45,221 nt of DNA from Octopus sinensis (Eukaryota). The stretch spans positions 1 to 45,221 of the forward strand of contig NW_021834809.1 in NCBI RefSeq assembly GCF_006345805.1, given 5' to 3'. Below the pieces are notes generated by a model. That model did no database searches. It was not told where the DNA came from and was given only the letters and a program-made list of their open reading frames with translations. The position numbers and the translations under genes were made by a program. Position 1 is the stretch's first letter; each line of letters opens with the position of its first letter. This document shows, one piece after another, positions 1 to 13,395 of the stretch.

Positions 1-104
1 AAGCCATAATTATATAATGTAATATTTTGAATTCGCCTTAAATGGTCCTTTTACATACTGAACACTTGGTGAAATTGATTACTAATTAATTTTACCCTCA
101 ATGT

Positions 105-106
<2 letters not shown>

Positions 107-181
<75 letters not shown>
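107..181. repeat. (TA)n microsatellite
   Basis: Uninterrupted AT dinucleotide run; source of the YIYIYI ORF artefact. Confidence 0.97.
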
Positions 182-185
<4 letters not shown>

Positions 186-881
186 CAGTGTGAGCACGTA
201 TGTGTTTTTTACATTTCTCGGATCCATGATATCAGTAAAACATGTTATCATAAACTCGGAAAAAAATAAGACCTTTTATCAGAAAGGGCAAGCGTAGAAG
301 AATGGATTAAAACGAAAGAAAGATATGAAAGTATATTCATATATATATATATATATATTCGCGATCACGTAAAATATATGTATATGTCATAGAGCGACAA
401 AACTTTGAAAACAATAGTGTTTAACCTTTTATTCCGTAAATAAATTTAAACGAGTGTATGCGTAATGGAAAAACAAAATATTGTTTACGATAAAAACGTT
501 GTCAGAGCAAAATCTTCGAATGCTGTTCGCTTGATTTGGCCTACTGTCACTCATTCTCATTCCGTATTTCGTTTTACTGTTCTTTCGCCAGATGAGACTC
601 GCCTTGCGTTTTATAATATATGTAACATTGACGTAAAACACTTAAGATACGTGGTAGCATGAAAGCTGGAGATGCGGTAGCAAAAGACAATGAGAAGATT
701 GTAATAAACGATTGTTGAAATAACCGCTTATTTCATTAGTCAATTAGTATTTGACACGTAATATCAAATATGCTCAACAACCCCAGTTTTTCTGTTATAT
801 CACACATGCATACAGACTGACTAACAGACACGCGTACATGCATACATATATAGATACAGACAGAAATACAGACAACACACG

Positions 882-1000
<119 letters not shown>

Positions 1001-1979
1001 AACTTTCTCTCATGACAGAATACTAATTAGTCATTATGATTTCAAAACTTTGAGAGCAGAAATTATTGCACATTAAATATAACTAACGTTCAGTGAACTA
1101 ACTTCATATCTTACGAAAATTACTTGTTTTCATAATTCAATGAACAACCATTTTACTCTTTGTGTCTTTGCTTTTCGAAAATGAAAATTATTAATAAAAA
1201 CATAGAAGTAGCTTCAAAAATACTTGCAGTAAAAACAATTATTGTTTGTGGAGCCAAATATCTCATACAAATGCTTCTGCTTTATACCTAAATGTCTCAA
1301 GTTTTCTATTCGTTTGTGTGAAAAGTGTATTTAACTTGTATATTATCTACTTGTCTCGTGTGATACTACCTCAATCGTTGCGTATGACATTATTTTTTCA
1401 GTGCTGCTGTAGATATATATATTAACACATATATGTGTGAGTGTACGTATATATGCGTATATCGTTGAATATATTTAAACAAACACTGATTTTTATGCTG
1501 CAGATGTATCTTCTGACTTCAGAGCTTCTACCCATATTTGGGTATAGGTTCTAAAATAAGGAAGTACTAGGTAGGAAGCGCAACAACATATATCATAATA
1601 TCATAACTTAGAATATATAATAAATATGCTTATAATCATATATATATACACTGAAGAAACTGGCCTTGGCAAATATATTTTGTTTGTTTGCTGAAAATAG
1701 TTAGAAACCGTCGGTCTGGGATATAGTTGAGATGGTAAATGTTTTTAATTTTGATTCCTTTCATGAATTTATCCCTTTTTGTGTTTCTAGCACAACGCTT
1801 CCTTTTTTGGAAGCCTCTTATTGTATTTCTATATGAATAATATATTGTCTAATGACTAATTCGTCTTTTGTGCTAGGCCGCTGGTAATAATAATTTATTA
1901 TTACCCTATTTTATTATGTTTATATATATTATATATATATATATATACATGTATATATATGAACATATATTTAGGACAC

Positions 1980-1980
<1 letters not shown>

Positions 1981-2064
<84 letters not shown>
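1981..2064. repeat. (TA)n microsatellite
   Basis: Direct reading. Confidence 0.95.
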
Positions 2065-2678
2065 GGCCGGACAGCGATGAGCGTTGTAAAGGGAAGAGGG
2101 TTTAAGTAAATAGGGGAAGAAAGTAGGATTAAAGAATAAGAAAGAGAGAAAATAAATAAGAGGGAGAGACAGAGAGAGACAGAGAGGAGGGTACAAGGGA
2201 GAGAAGCAGGTTTAAAAAAAGGGAAGGTAAGAGTCGTAGATAATATTCATCGAATATTTCTTTTAACAAAGACTGTACGGTGTTCTGCATAAATAAATCA
2301 AGGGTAGAGCAGAAAGAGCAGGACAACAAGTAACATGTGGTAAAATAGACGATAACATGACAAACAGGAAACTAGACAAAACCATGATACAGGGGCTATT
2401 CGCAGCAGATTTACTCATCCGTCAGAATCCGAAAAGTCTTGGTGGTTTCGCCCTCATTTATCCCTGAGACCTCTGGATTCCGATAGCCGCCAGTGTGTTA
2501 AGCTAAAAGCATTAAGCTTCTGGGAAAAAGCAAACGAATGTAAAAAAGAAGGAATACAAGAATGATAACAAGAACAACAAAGCTAGACTGATATACATAC
2601 AAGAGATGAACGGGTAAGCAACAAGTCGAAAGTAATTGTGCATTTACAAATAAATGATTAACAGGAATAATTAACATA

Positions 2679-2838
2679 GACGCAGGAGTGGGTGTGTGGT
2701 AAGTAGCTTGCTTACCATCCACATGGTTCCGGGTTCAGTCCCACTGCGTGGCACCTTGGGCAGGTGTGTTCTACTATAGCCTGGGGCCGACCAGAGCCTT
2801 CTGAGTGGATTTAGTAAACGGAATCTGAAAGCCCGAAG

Positions 2839-2869
<31 letters not shown>

Positions 2870-3088
2870 ATGTTTGTATGTCTGTGTTTGTCCCCCAACA
2901 TCGCTTGACAACCGAAGCTGGTGTGTTTACGTCTCTGTTGCCGAGCGGTTCGGCAAGAAAGACCGATAAAATAAGTACTAGGCTCAGAAGGAATAAGTCA
3001 TGGGGTCGATTTGCTCGATTAAAGGCGGTGCTCCAGCATGGCCACAGTCACATGACTGAAACAAATACAAGAAAAAAATGAAAGAAAG
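2679..3088 (+). mobile_element. tRNA-derived SINE, family B (head GCAGGAGTGGCTGTGTGGTAAG, internal TA/TG tract, A-rich tail)
   Basis: A-box-like TGTGTGGTAAG, B-box-like GGTTCAGTCCC, ACCTTGGGCAG(G)TGT segment and tail GGCGGTGCTCCAGCATGGCC...GACTGAAACAA; colinear with the copies at 5254, 7746, 9113 and 13396. Probably one of the described octopus tRNA-SINE families (OK/OR1/OR2), but I cannot assign which. Confidence 0.9.
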
Positions 3089-5220
3089 GGTCTTTCGACT
3101 ATTAGACATATGCAATTGTGATGAAATAGCAGTATAAGTGCAAGAGAATAAGAATTATACATATAGAATGGACAAACGCCTTTCAGCTATACAACAAAAT
3201 GAAAATATTTGTACAATTACATCATAATTAAATAAAAGAAAAGGTTTTTCGATTATCAGACGATCGTAGTAGGCTGGCGGAGAGGAGAAGTGGAAGGTTT
3301 AAACAGACCGAGCGAGAGGACAGACGAACGTGACAGGACTGGATGACGGCTGGTCGAAAAATGATGACAATGCCTTGGCCGGACAGTGGTCACGTCGTAA
3401 GAGAAGGTAAGGTTTGTAGGCTCAGAGGTATTACAGAAAAAGAGGGAGGGGAGAAGAGAAGGACTAAGCGATAAGAGAGAAGTAAAATGAAATCAGAGGG
3501 ACGGAAGAACGAGAGGCAGTGAAACGAAAGAGTGACAGAGAGACAGAGAGAAAGGAGGGAACAAGGGAGAAAAAAAGGGGGAAGGAAAGAGAAGGTAAGA
3601 CAGGTGACTGTCGTCAAAAAGTACTGAATTCCATAGTATATATCAATAGTATATGTTAATTTAGTCAAGTCTTATAGCAATTTGCGACAGGTGTTGCAAC
3701 TTATCTGAAGATCCTCTGCAACTACCTACAGGCGATACTCTGAATAATAAGAGATTGCCTTCAGCAAAATAAAATGCATTATTCCCCTCTGTTCTAGTAT
3801 CACGTACATTTTTTTGTGACTGTCAGCTGTCAATGTTTGTGTGTTTATTTATGTATGTTAGTTTGTTTGTGTGTGTGTGCGTGTGTGTGTGTGTGTGTGC
3901 GTAACGATCACTATCTGTACATATTCATGTACATATCTGCTTAACTGTTAAAATATCTACGCAAATATGGTGGCTCAGTTTTTTGTGCATGAAGGTAGGG
4001 TGTGAGATTATGTTTCTGTATTTGCCATGTTCCATGTTTCTGTCCGGATAAAACTGCATAATGATACTGAAATGTGTTGAAAATCATCGGTGGCGTACGC
4101 CTTTGAAGTTATATCGTAAATACTTTACTTTATGGAAATATTTAGAAAAAAATTCATTTAAATATTTGAAGCCGTTCTCGCTCCAAAAAAAAAATATTAA
4201 ATATTTTTGTTTAAGCAGTGAAAATGCAACGAACATCTGATGACATCATGATTTGTAGCATGTGCAAAGTTAAAAATAGTTGTATGAAGGCATAACGCCA
4301 GCAAATTTAAGGCTAAGGTTCACTCGATACCCGGAGAATAGTACATGGCGAACACTTTCATTATTGACCCCGAAAGCATAAACATGAATGAACATTGTTA
4401 TGTTTGTTTGCGGCAAAATAAAAATTTTGGTTTTATTGTTGCTTTGGGATTTTGCTGGTCTTCTCCCATCTCTCTTTTCTTCTCCATGTTTCGGATGGCT
4501 TTTAGTTATGGAAGTTTCTTGGGAGTGTTTTGAATTTGATTGTTATTACGCGCGCGCGTTCACATACTTCATATTGTATTCCTATTGTTGATTTCTCACT
4601 TTCTAATTATGACTGTGCTGTCTAAAATAATTTAATTATGCTACACATCCATATATGCAGATACGTGTATTATTGTATGTAACCGACCGTCCCCTCTGAT
4701 GATCGTTTACCTGGAATATTGAAATATATTTCGTGAAGATTTTCACTTTCAATGCAATATTGAACTTCGACTTTTAAATTTTCAAACCAAGCAAATAAAT
4801 CCAATAAAACCAGCAATAACTAAAACTCCTGACATAGCCACCGACAAAAACACTCCTGTTGCACACCTACATACTTTCGTGTACTCTTAAAAAAGATCCC
4901 TATAACCTGCAGCTGACACGCTTAAGTATACACACCTGTTTTTAAAGTTTCATATGTATGAATCAACATTTTTTGCATCATGCATCTCACTCACAACTTA
5001 CACTACAACCTAATAATCATTCAACAAAACTCTACCTACAATAGGATAAATTTTATCTTCACAGGGTCTATATAAAATCATAATTAATTCAATTACATCA
5101 CAGACGGATGGTGGCTAATTGGCCAAAACTTTTGTCGCTATAAACACTCTATTCGTCAGAGAATTATGTTTGTGTACTAGTTTGTGTGTGTGCTTATAGG
5201 TATGTATGTATGTATGTATG

Positions 5221-5253
<33 letters not shown>

Positions 5254-5255
<2 letters not shown>

Positions 5256-5666
5256 CTCTTTTTCTCTTTTACTTGTTTCGGTCATTTGACTGCGGCCATG
5301 CTGGAGCACCACCTTTAGTCGAGCAAATCGACCCCGGGACTTAATTTTTGTAAGCCCAGTACTTATTCTATCGATCTCTATTGTCGAACCGCTAAGTGGC
5401 GGGGACGTAAACACACCAGCATCGGTTGTCAAGCGATGCTAGGGGGACAAACACAGGAACACAAACACACACATACATACATATCTATATACATATATAC
5501 GACAGGCTTCTTTCAGTTTCCGTCTACCAAATCCACTCACAAGGCATTGATCAGCAGAAGACACTTGCCCAAGATACCACGCAGTGGGACAGAACCCGGA
5601 GCCATGTGATTGGTTAGCAAGCTACTTACCACACAGCTACTCCTGCGCCTATAAGCCACTCCTGCG

Positions 5667-5672
<6 letters not shown>
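5254..5672 (-). mobile_element. SINE family B, full length, with a ~19-nt tandem duplication of the 5' end
   Basis: Reverse complement of the 2679 and 13396 copies; ACTCCTGCGCCTATA occurs twice, within 5634-5653 and 5654-5672. Confidence 0.9.
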
Positions 5673-5704
<32 letters not shown>

Positions 5705-5979
5705 AAACACTATTGTTCCTAAATGTGTTTCTTATACCGCCTACGGACTGTTCGAAGCTTACAAACTTCCTACATCTTGATCCTTGGATCTTACATTTCA
5801 TATTTTATATCACCTTCACATTGATCACCTTAACTGATCGATCCGTCGGGCGTCCATCTAACACCGCTGGTCACAACACGTTCTAAACTCCTCTCTGAAT
5901 CGAGCCTTTCTCATCCACGTAATCCCAATTGCCCTCTTTTTCTTTTTCCAATATTATATATTCATATATATACATATAC

Positions 5980-6283
5980 GTGGAGGCGCAATGGCCTAGT
6001 GGTTAGGGCAGCGGACTCGCGGTCGTAGGATCGCGGTTTCGATTCCCAGACCGGGCGTTGTGAGTGTTTATTGAGCGAAAACACATAGAGCTCCACGAGG
6101 CTCCGGCATGGGGTGGTGGCGATCTCTGCTGTACTCTTTCGCCACAACTTTCTCTCACTCTTTCTTCTGTTGGCCTGCTCGCTTAGCCAGCGGGATGGCG
6201 TCATTTGAAGGCTAAAACAATGCGAAGCGCATTGTGACCAGCAATGTGTAACAACATCTGATGGCCTGGTAATCACGGTGATA
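5980..6283 (+). mobile_element. tRNA-derived SINE, head 1 + tail B
   Basis: Head GGAGGCGCAATGGCCTAGTGGTTAGGGCAGCGG...GGTTTCGATTCCCAG (A and B boxes) is nearly identical to that at 15527, but the 3' part after ~6165 is unrelated (GGCCTGCTCGCTTAGCCAGCGGG...CATTGTGACCAGC). Confidence 0.88.
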
Positions 6284-6479
6284 TATATATATACACACAC
6301 GCAGACGCACGCACACACACGCCTATATATATATTCATATCAAGATATACCCACATAAATATGTATGTGGTGTATGAACGTATTTAAGCGTATGCATATT
6401 TTGTATACATATATAATTACATATACATTACGGTATCATGGTTATCGAATATTCTTATGAATTTCTGGACACGATGCAC

Positions 6480-6690
6480 TTCGCATTTTTCGACTTTCCA
6501 ATGACGGCACCCGTTTGGATAGGCGACCGGGCTGCTTTACACGTTCATTGGATGTCTATTCCGTTACAAGATTACACATTTATAACTGACTGGACTGGAG
6601 CAACGAAAAATGATCTGTTTCTCTCAAGAACGCGATAGTATCGAACCCATTATATAACGATCGTGAGTACAATACGTTGATCACTAGGCT
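6480..6690 (-). mobile_element. decayed SINE, head 2 + a third tail type
   Basis: 6590-6690 (TGGACTGGAGCAACGAAAA...TCTCAAGAAC...ATCGAACCC...CACTAGGCTA) is a degenerate reverse complement of the 9704 head; the adjoining 6480-6590 does not match tail A or tail B. Confidence 0.55.
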
Positions 6691-6739
6691 ATACAAATTC
6701 GCTTGTATACACAAACCTACACACACTCACACAAAAACG

Positions 6740-6790
6740 CACACACACACATATACATATATATATGTATATGATTATATGTATATATAT

Positions 6791-6836
<46 letters not shown>

Positions 6837-7090
6837 TACATACTCTTTTACTCTTTATACATACATATATATATATATATATGTATATACACACATGTTC
6901 AATCTTCTGTCTTTCATTTGCCATACACACACACACATATATATGCATATATACATATATGTGTCGTTTACTTATGTTTCTGTTTATATACACGCACATA
7001 GATGTATGTACATATAAACACTAACTCAAGCATAAAACACACATACATGTATTTATATATATATATATATGTATGTGTGTATGTATGTAT
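6740..7090. repeat. compound TA/CA/TATG low-complexity tract
   Basis: Direct reading. Confidence 0.9.
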
Positions 7091-7593
7091 GTATGTATGT
7101 ATGTATGTAGTTATATTGACGGGTCTCGGTGCATAATTCTATGTTCATAAATATCGTTATAGAGATACCCGTATAGAAAAAGTTATATAAACCATCGTTA
7201 TAAAAACATCAATTCGTTTGCGTGTCAGTGTATTTTAACAAATGTTAATATATGAACAACATGCTTTCTTTTTCAATTTATTTTCATTTGAACGTGAAGT
7301 AGATCATTATTTATAGCGAGATTAGATTTTGTTGCTTTACTCCATAAAACTTAGACATAAATCTGAATTTTTACGAGTTTAACTTATTGAAATTGAAAGA
7401 TCTATAACTCAGCATTGCGTGTAGTGTTGGCTGGAGAGAATTAATTACCAAAGAGTAAAATACTGTCCTTATAAAATTGTTTTCATTTGTTTTGTTTTTT
7501 TATTGGGTGCACGAGAGGATAAAATGCTTGTTCTTTGCGGAACGATATCTTCTGAGTTCGAATCCATTTTTATATGTCCGTATGCATGGATAA

Positions 7594-7613
7594 ACACACA
7601 CACACACACACAC

Positions 7614-7650
<37 letters not shown>

Positions 7651-7681
7651 ACACACACACACACACACACACCACACACAC

Positions 7682-7747
<66 letters not shown>
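7594..7747. repeat. (CA)n microsatellite
   Basis: Direct reading; source of the HTHT/VCVC ORF artefacts. Confidence 0.95.
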
Positions 7748-7748
<1 letters not shown>

Positions 7749-7905
7749 AGGAGTGGCTGTGTGGTAAGTAGCTTGCTTACCAACCGCCTGGTTCCGAATT
7801 CAGTCCAAATCCATTGCACCTTGAGCAAGTGTCTTCTACTATAGCCGTGGGCCGACCAAAGCCTTGTGAATGGATTTGGTAGACTAAAACTGATAGAAGC
7901 CCGTC

Positions 7906-7966
<61 letters not shown>

Positions 7967-8133
7967 CATATATATATATTATATATAAATGTGCGTGTGT
8001 GTGTGTGTGTATGTGTGTGCGTGTGTGCTTATTTGTGTGTCTGTGTTTGTCCTCCCAACAACGCTCGACTAAAAGCGGTGCTCCAGCATGGTCGCAGTAA
8101 AATGACTGAAGCAAGTAAAAGAGTAAAAGAGTA
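7746..8133 (+). mobile_element. SINE family B, internally deleted
   Basis: Head GGAGTGGCTGTGTGGTAAGTAGC and tail AAAAGAGTAAAAGAG; the central segment after CCCAACAACGCT is missing relative to the 2679 copy. Confidence 0.88.
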
Positions 8134-8176
8134 ATATATTGGTACATTATTCCTATGAAAGAATTATTCGCCATTT

Positions 8177-8305
8177 AAGGTGGCGAGCTGGTAGAATCGT
8201 TAGTACGGTAGGCTAAACGCTTAGCGGCATTTTGTCCATCTTTGTGTTCTGTGTTGATATTCTGCCAAGTTCGAATTATTCTTTCATCCTATCGGTTTCG
8301 AAATA
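8177..8305 (+). mobile_element. decayed SINE family C head
   Basis: AAGGTGGCGAGCTGGTAGAATCGTTAG...GCTTAGCGGCATTT...CTTTCATCCT matches the 10298 copy with many substitutions. Confidence 0.65.
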
Positions 8306-9112
8306 CCTTTCCAGAACCCATTCCCTCGATCTTACTAAACTTATGCTAAAAATTCAAACAAATTATTAGAGACCGTTTCGGGATTAAATTTTCATGCTTT
8401 GTTCAGAATTGTTTCTGGCTCATGCAAGGCCCGACAATTTGGTAACAAAACTGGTAACATTGGCCTCAGTGCTTCATCAGTACACGTTTATCAAATCCAA
8501 ATGGGGTTGCCCTCTGTGGGCTTTGAACTCAAGAACAAAAAGTATATTTTTTGTATGATCTAACGGTTCTGGCAATAAATAAACTATTACTATTGTCATT
8601 TGTAGTACTAACCATACCTTTAATTTCGACAAAGATTCCAGTTGACGAAAACGCTGTGACTAATAAAGCCGGATTTTGTTTTCCTAAATGAGAATGGCAA
8701 ACATTTTTAACTAAACAGAAAACTTAATTTTCCCAGGTTTGTTCTGAATCTGTCCTTGGCATGTTCACTAATCTACATCATCATACTAGGATTATAAATA
8801 TTCACTTGAGCCATTATCTCGCCTCACAGAGAAATTTCGCTGAATTTATTGCTAAGAAGCACACACCCACGCCTCTTCATTTTAATTTCCTATTCAAATT
8901 GATATTTCAGAAGCTGATAAGAAATTGAAAGAAAAAACTGTAATTGTTTTCTCTTAGTTGTCTCAAATGTGGCCATCATGCAACCAATTTCCGTACAGCC
9001 ACTCTACAGATGTAAACTGATTCTCCTTTTATTAGAAGAAGAAGGTGACTCGTTCTCAAGTTGGTCTCGACTGCTGAATTCGTGTAAAAGCCGACAACAG
9101 ATGTTCCACATA

Positions 9113-9507
9113 GCTGTATGGTAAGAAGCATGCTTCCCAACCACAGTGTTCCGGGTTCAGTCCCAATGCGTGGCAGCTTGAGCAAGTGTCTTCTACTATA
9201 GCCTCGGGTTGACCAAAGACTTGTGAATGGATTTGGTAGAAGGAAACGGAAACTATATCTTTATGTTTGTGTGTCTTGGTTTCTATGTGTGTCCACGCGC
9301 CACCCCATCTCTTCACAACCGTTGTTCGCGTGTTTACGTCCCCGTAACTTAGCGGTTCGGCAAAAGGAGAAGGATAGAATAAGTACTAGGCTTACAAAGA
9401 ATAAGACCTGGGGCCGATAACTTAGATTAAATCTCTTGAAAGCGAAGCTCCAGCATGACCGCAGTCAAATGACTGAGATAAGCGAAAGATTAAATGAATA
9501 AAAGAAT
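9113..9507 (+). mobile_element. SINE family B, diverged copy
   Basis: Colinear with the 2679 and 13396 copies (GGTTCAGTCCC, GCAAGTGTCTTCTACTATAGCC, GATAGAATAAGTACTAGGCTTAC, GCAGTCAAATGACTG). Confidence 0.85.
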
Positions 9508-9703
9508 ATTTCCTAAAGATGGCAGAGTTTACAGTAATGGGGGTCAGGCAATGCAGTTTCAGCACTTCGTGCCCCGCTTGCCATCGGTATACAAAATTTG
9601 ACTAAACAATGAATTTGTCGTACGACAAGTGAAGTGCTGGGCACAGCTGACACTTTCCAGGAGCCTAGCATCCAATCTTGGTCTTCACTTCAGCCGTTAT
9701 AGT

Positions 9704-10040
9704 GAAGGCGCGTGGCTTAATGGTTAGGGTATTCACCTGACGAACTTAAGGTCGTGAGTTCAATTACCGGCGACGCGTTGTGTCCCTGAGAAAGACATTT
9801 TATTTCACGTTGCTCCAGTTCACTCAGCTGGCAAAAATGAGTTATACCTGTATTTCAAAGGGCCAGCCTTGTCACACTCTGTGTCATGCTGAATCTCCCT
9901 GAGAGTTATGTTATGGGTACACGTGTCTGTGCAGTGCTCAGCCACTTTCATGTTAATTTCACGAGCAAGCTGTTCCGTTGATTGCATCAGCTGGGACCCT
10001 CGTTGTCGTAGCCGACGGAGTGCTCCTAACAACAATAACA
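9704..10040 (+). mobile_element. tRNA-derived SINE, head 2 + tail A
   Basis: Head GAAGGCGCGTGGCTTAATGGTTAGGG...GAGTTCAATTACC...TGTGTCCCTGAG; from TACCTGTATTTCAAAGGGCCAGCCTTGTCAC onward it matches the tail of the 15527 and 32361 copies. Confidence 0.85.
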
Positions 10041-10297
10041 TTACAGGAAATTTAAAGAGACTGGAGATACCAGAGCACAAGAATAATAAAGCACCGTTAC
10101 TCCAAGCAAATGTCATGGATCTCGGTAACACACTCGATATATAGCTACGTATCAGCAACAACGGTATATTGTTCCTCATTGAAACTCGACAATCCACAAG
10201 TCACAAGAGAGGAGAAACAGCGATTTACTTGAGTAGCGAATTGTGGCCAAAACATACAAATGGGTCGATATATACGCTCACCTATTTTCCCCTACAT

Positions 10298-10529
10298 AGG
10301 CGGCGAGATGGCAGAAACGTTAGCACGCCGGGCGAAATGCTTAGCGATATTTCGTCTGCCGTTACGTTCTGAGTTCAAATTCCGCCGAGGTCGACTTTGC
10401 CTTTCATCCTTTCGGGGTTGATTAAATAAGTACCAGTTACACACTGGAGTCGATATAATCGACTTAATCCGTTTGTCTGTCCTTGTTAGTCCCTTCTGTG
10501 TTTAGCCCCTTGTGGGCAATAAAGAAATA
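10298..10529 (+). mobile_element. tRNA-derived SINE family C, full length
   Basis: AGGCGGCGAGATGGCAGAAACGTTAGC...TTCTGAGTTCAAATTCCGCCGAGG...CTTTCATCCTTTCGGGG...TAAAGAAATA; colinear with the copies at 22346 and 43591-43999. Confidence 0.9.
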
Positions 10530-10871
10530 TGAAACACTTTCCCCTACTTTCAGTTATATCTTCCAATAAAATACAGTTGTGATGAAGATCTACTTAGAAA
10601 ACTCGTCACAGTTCTTATCCGTCTGGAAGCTTACATCAAACAAGATACCAAGTATCATTAACAGTCCCTCAGTTAATCGTCTCATGTGCTACCCGTATTT
10701 ACTTGCCCGCTAGATGCCTCCTAAGTTATCTTCATACATGCATCTCGTAATCGCTCCGTGTACGGTCCTTCATCTTCTGTTTCATTCTCCATTTATGAAA
10801 CACCGTAATGAGGATACTGGTTGCATACATCAATCCCAGCTTAAGTAGGGTCCTCAACACCTAGTAGTAAG

Positions 10872-11147
10872 TCGCAGCAGCAGTGGCAGTAATGGCCTTA
10901 TCAGCAGCAGTACTGTTAATTGCATCATCAACAGCAGCAGCACCACCACCAGTAATAGTATCATCAACGTCAACAGCATCATCATCAGCAACAGCAGCAG
11001 CAGCACTAGTAGTAGTAGTAGTAGTAGTAGTTGTTGTTGTTGTTGTGTTGTTGTTGTTGTAGTAATAGTAGTAATAGTAGTAGTTTGGTGATAGTAGTAG
11101 TAGTAGTAGTAGTAGTCGTAGTCGCAGTCGTAGTTGTAGTCGTAGTC

Positions 11148-11193
<46 letters not shown>
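10872..11193. repeat. compound trinucleotide tract (GCA/TCA/TAG/TTG/GTC)
   Basis: Direct reading; yields poly-L/T/V/Y ORF artefacts. Confidence 0.92.
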
Positions 11194-11195
<2 letters not shown>

Positions 11196-11262
11196 ACAAA
11201 CACAATAGCAATATGTAGTTTTGTCTTACTGATTTCTTGCGTGCCTTAGGTTTATTATTTAA

Positions 11263-11641
11263 CTAGCAGTATCGCCCGGCGTTGCTCAGGTTTGTAAGGG
11301 AAATAACTATAAAGCATTTTTAGAGAGTTATAGCCAAAAAATAGCAAAAAAATGGAAAAAAATGATGGTAAATTTTTTTTTTTTGATAGTTAAAAAATGT
11401 GGAGTTGCGTCCCCTACACAGTTTGTGGTTTGTCGGTATACCCATGTCGAATTTATCGATTTTTTTCAGAACTGGGGGAACTTTTCAAAATTTTCGCTGC
11501 GTTAGTTTTGAATTATGACATTGGGCTATGTGTGTGTCAAGTTTCATCAGAATCGGTTGAAAGCCATGGTCAGGGTGAGGGTACAAGCAAACAGACACAC
11601 AGAAACACGCACAGACAAACTGCCGTTTATATAGAGAGAGA
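11263..11641 (-). mobile_element. complete non-autonomous Helitron (379 bp)
   Basis: The minus strand starts TC (A|TCTCTCTCTATATAAAC, followed by CTGT-type repeats) and ends with the GC-rich imperfect hairpin CCTGAGCAACGCCGGG (11275-11290), 8 nt, then CTAG|T. It sits between host A and T with no TSD. These are the canonical Helitron termini. Confidence 0.85.
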
Positions 11642-12282
11642 TATTCTTTTAGCATTCAAATTATTCTGAAAGACTCGTGTAACTGAAATAAAACACCGAA
11701 ACTTACCAACAGATAAATAAAAGAACCAGCATCTTGCTGTGCATGCATGCAGTTAACCTTTACATGCTTGTTCTAACCAATCCCACTTTATGAAAATAAG
11801 ATTTTGGCGAACCATTTATTTCATGTCTTACTATTTCACATTCTTTGAGAATATTTCATATTCTTTGAATATGTAATACTTTCGAGAAAATTCAGAAATG
11901 GCACGACAACCTGTTCTTCATTTTCTATTCATTTCACGTTTATTTCAGAAAGCAATATGCAAAGGATAACTGCATCTATTTATGTTTAGATCGGGTGGCA
12001 GTCGGATAGGTGTGATGGCTGTGTCACGCCGATGTGTTCACAAAACGTATTCCATGGTGGACGTGACAAGTTCCAGTCAGAAATGTAACTTTCTCCTTGA
12101 TATCCGCTTTCTGCAATTAGATAATAAGCATATTTAGTTGCTTTTTAAACTGTCTCTACCATCTGCCCTTAAATCATGACATTGATTTCTTTTTCATAAA
12201 ACCAGTGACTGGACATCTTCGATTGGATCGATTCTTGTTCATTTGTGAAATGATATTTATGGTTAGTAATCTCGCTTTGCAA

Positions 12283-12660
12283 CGCTGTGGTTTTATGTCC
12301 AGTTCTACTACGCACCAGCGTAGGCAAGTGTCTTCTATTATATCCTAGAGCTGACCAATTCCCTGTCAGTAAAGTTTTGCTGTCGGAAATTGTGTAGAAT
12401 CCCGTGGTTTATACACATATACATACAGATAAGCATATATACCTACATGTGAGAGTGTCTACGTTTTTGTGTCCCTGTTTGTCATGACTGCACCGTTTGT
12501 TTAGACCTTTATAACTTAGCTGTTCATCATAGATGCCGATAAAATAGGTGCGGGACTTTAAGAAATCATACATTATGTAGCCTGCGTGTTCAACTAAAAC
12601 AACCTCCATGACAATATGCCAGCATGACCGCAGTCCAGTGAATGAAAGAAGTAAATAACA
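12283..12660 (+). mobile_element. highly decayed SINE family B
   Basis: Residual GGCAAGTGTCTTCTATTATA, TAACTTAGC, GCCGATAAAATA and AGCATGACCGCAGTC occur in the expected order. Confidence 0.6.
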
Positions 12661-13395
12661 AATATGAATGAAATAGGAATTGCCTATTCTTATTAAATCT
12701 TATTTAATAACAATCCTATCTTACCATTGCTTGAATAAGCCACCATGTGAAATTGAAAATCCTTGTCAAAACAAACTCTGAAACATGGTTAGTTTCTTTG
12801 TATTATTTTTGGTCAATTGTTACAGGCTCCCAACATGTTGACTGTCGGTTCATGGATTTTCGAAGACCAGAGAGACATGAGATTGCGTGTATAATTCAGG
12901 AAAGATCAAATATCAAAAGAACCTTTACTATCAGAACTTGTCTGGTTTTCACGTCTGTGATTGCATCGCTATCCAACATACATCACTTAAATATAGACAT
13001 AAACAGAAACGCGCGTGAGTGCACGCACGCACTCACCCACACTTGCTCATCAACGCATGAATGCACACGGGCATGCACGCATAGGCACACATATGCATGC
13101 ACATGCACGTACCCAAGCGTACACACGCACGCACATATAGACACAAAATTAACATATGTTTTTTTAAATCATTAAGGAATTACTTAAAAAACTCACTCGG
13201 CTAAGCAATGAGCACGAAAAGTAATGAAGTTCATTGTGCGAAGATAATTAAAAGACTGAAAAGGTCTAATAATATAGAAGCAAGCCAAAAGTTATGTCCC
13301 ATATTTACCGAAAAAGTGAAATAATATTATCTATCAGGCTAACACTTCTTTGCTGTATCAGTGTGGTAAATTGTTTTTCTTTAATGGTGAATATA

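Noticed and set aside
236-286. Further hammerhead-like string (minus strand CTGATAA...GATAACATGT) near the first TA tract
   Set aside because: GAAA is interrupted, stems I and II do not pair, and A8 is not compensated; at best a dead relic.
1640-1900. Possible GIY-YIG C-terminal remnant (KRC...LN)
   Set aside because: The match is too fragmentary to separate from chance.
2420-2500. Possible hammerhead (minus strand CTGGCGG...GGGCGAAACC)
   Set aside because: The core has multiple substitutions and there is no consistent stem I or III.
5980-6060. tRNA genes at SINE heads (5980, 9704, 15527, 27003, 31711, 32700, 41450)
   Set aside because: A and B boxes are present, but there is no convincing cloverleaf or acceptor stem, and each continues into a repeat body; they are SINE heads.
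13008-13142. Alternating purine-pyrimidine GCAC/ATGC tract (Z-DNA-like)
   Set aside because: Consistent with a degenerate (CA)n microsatellite; no evidence of function.
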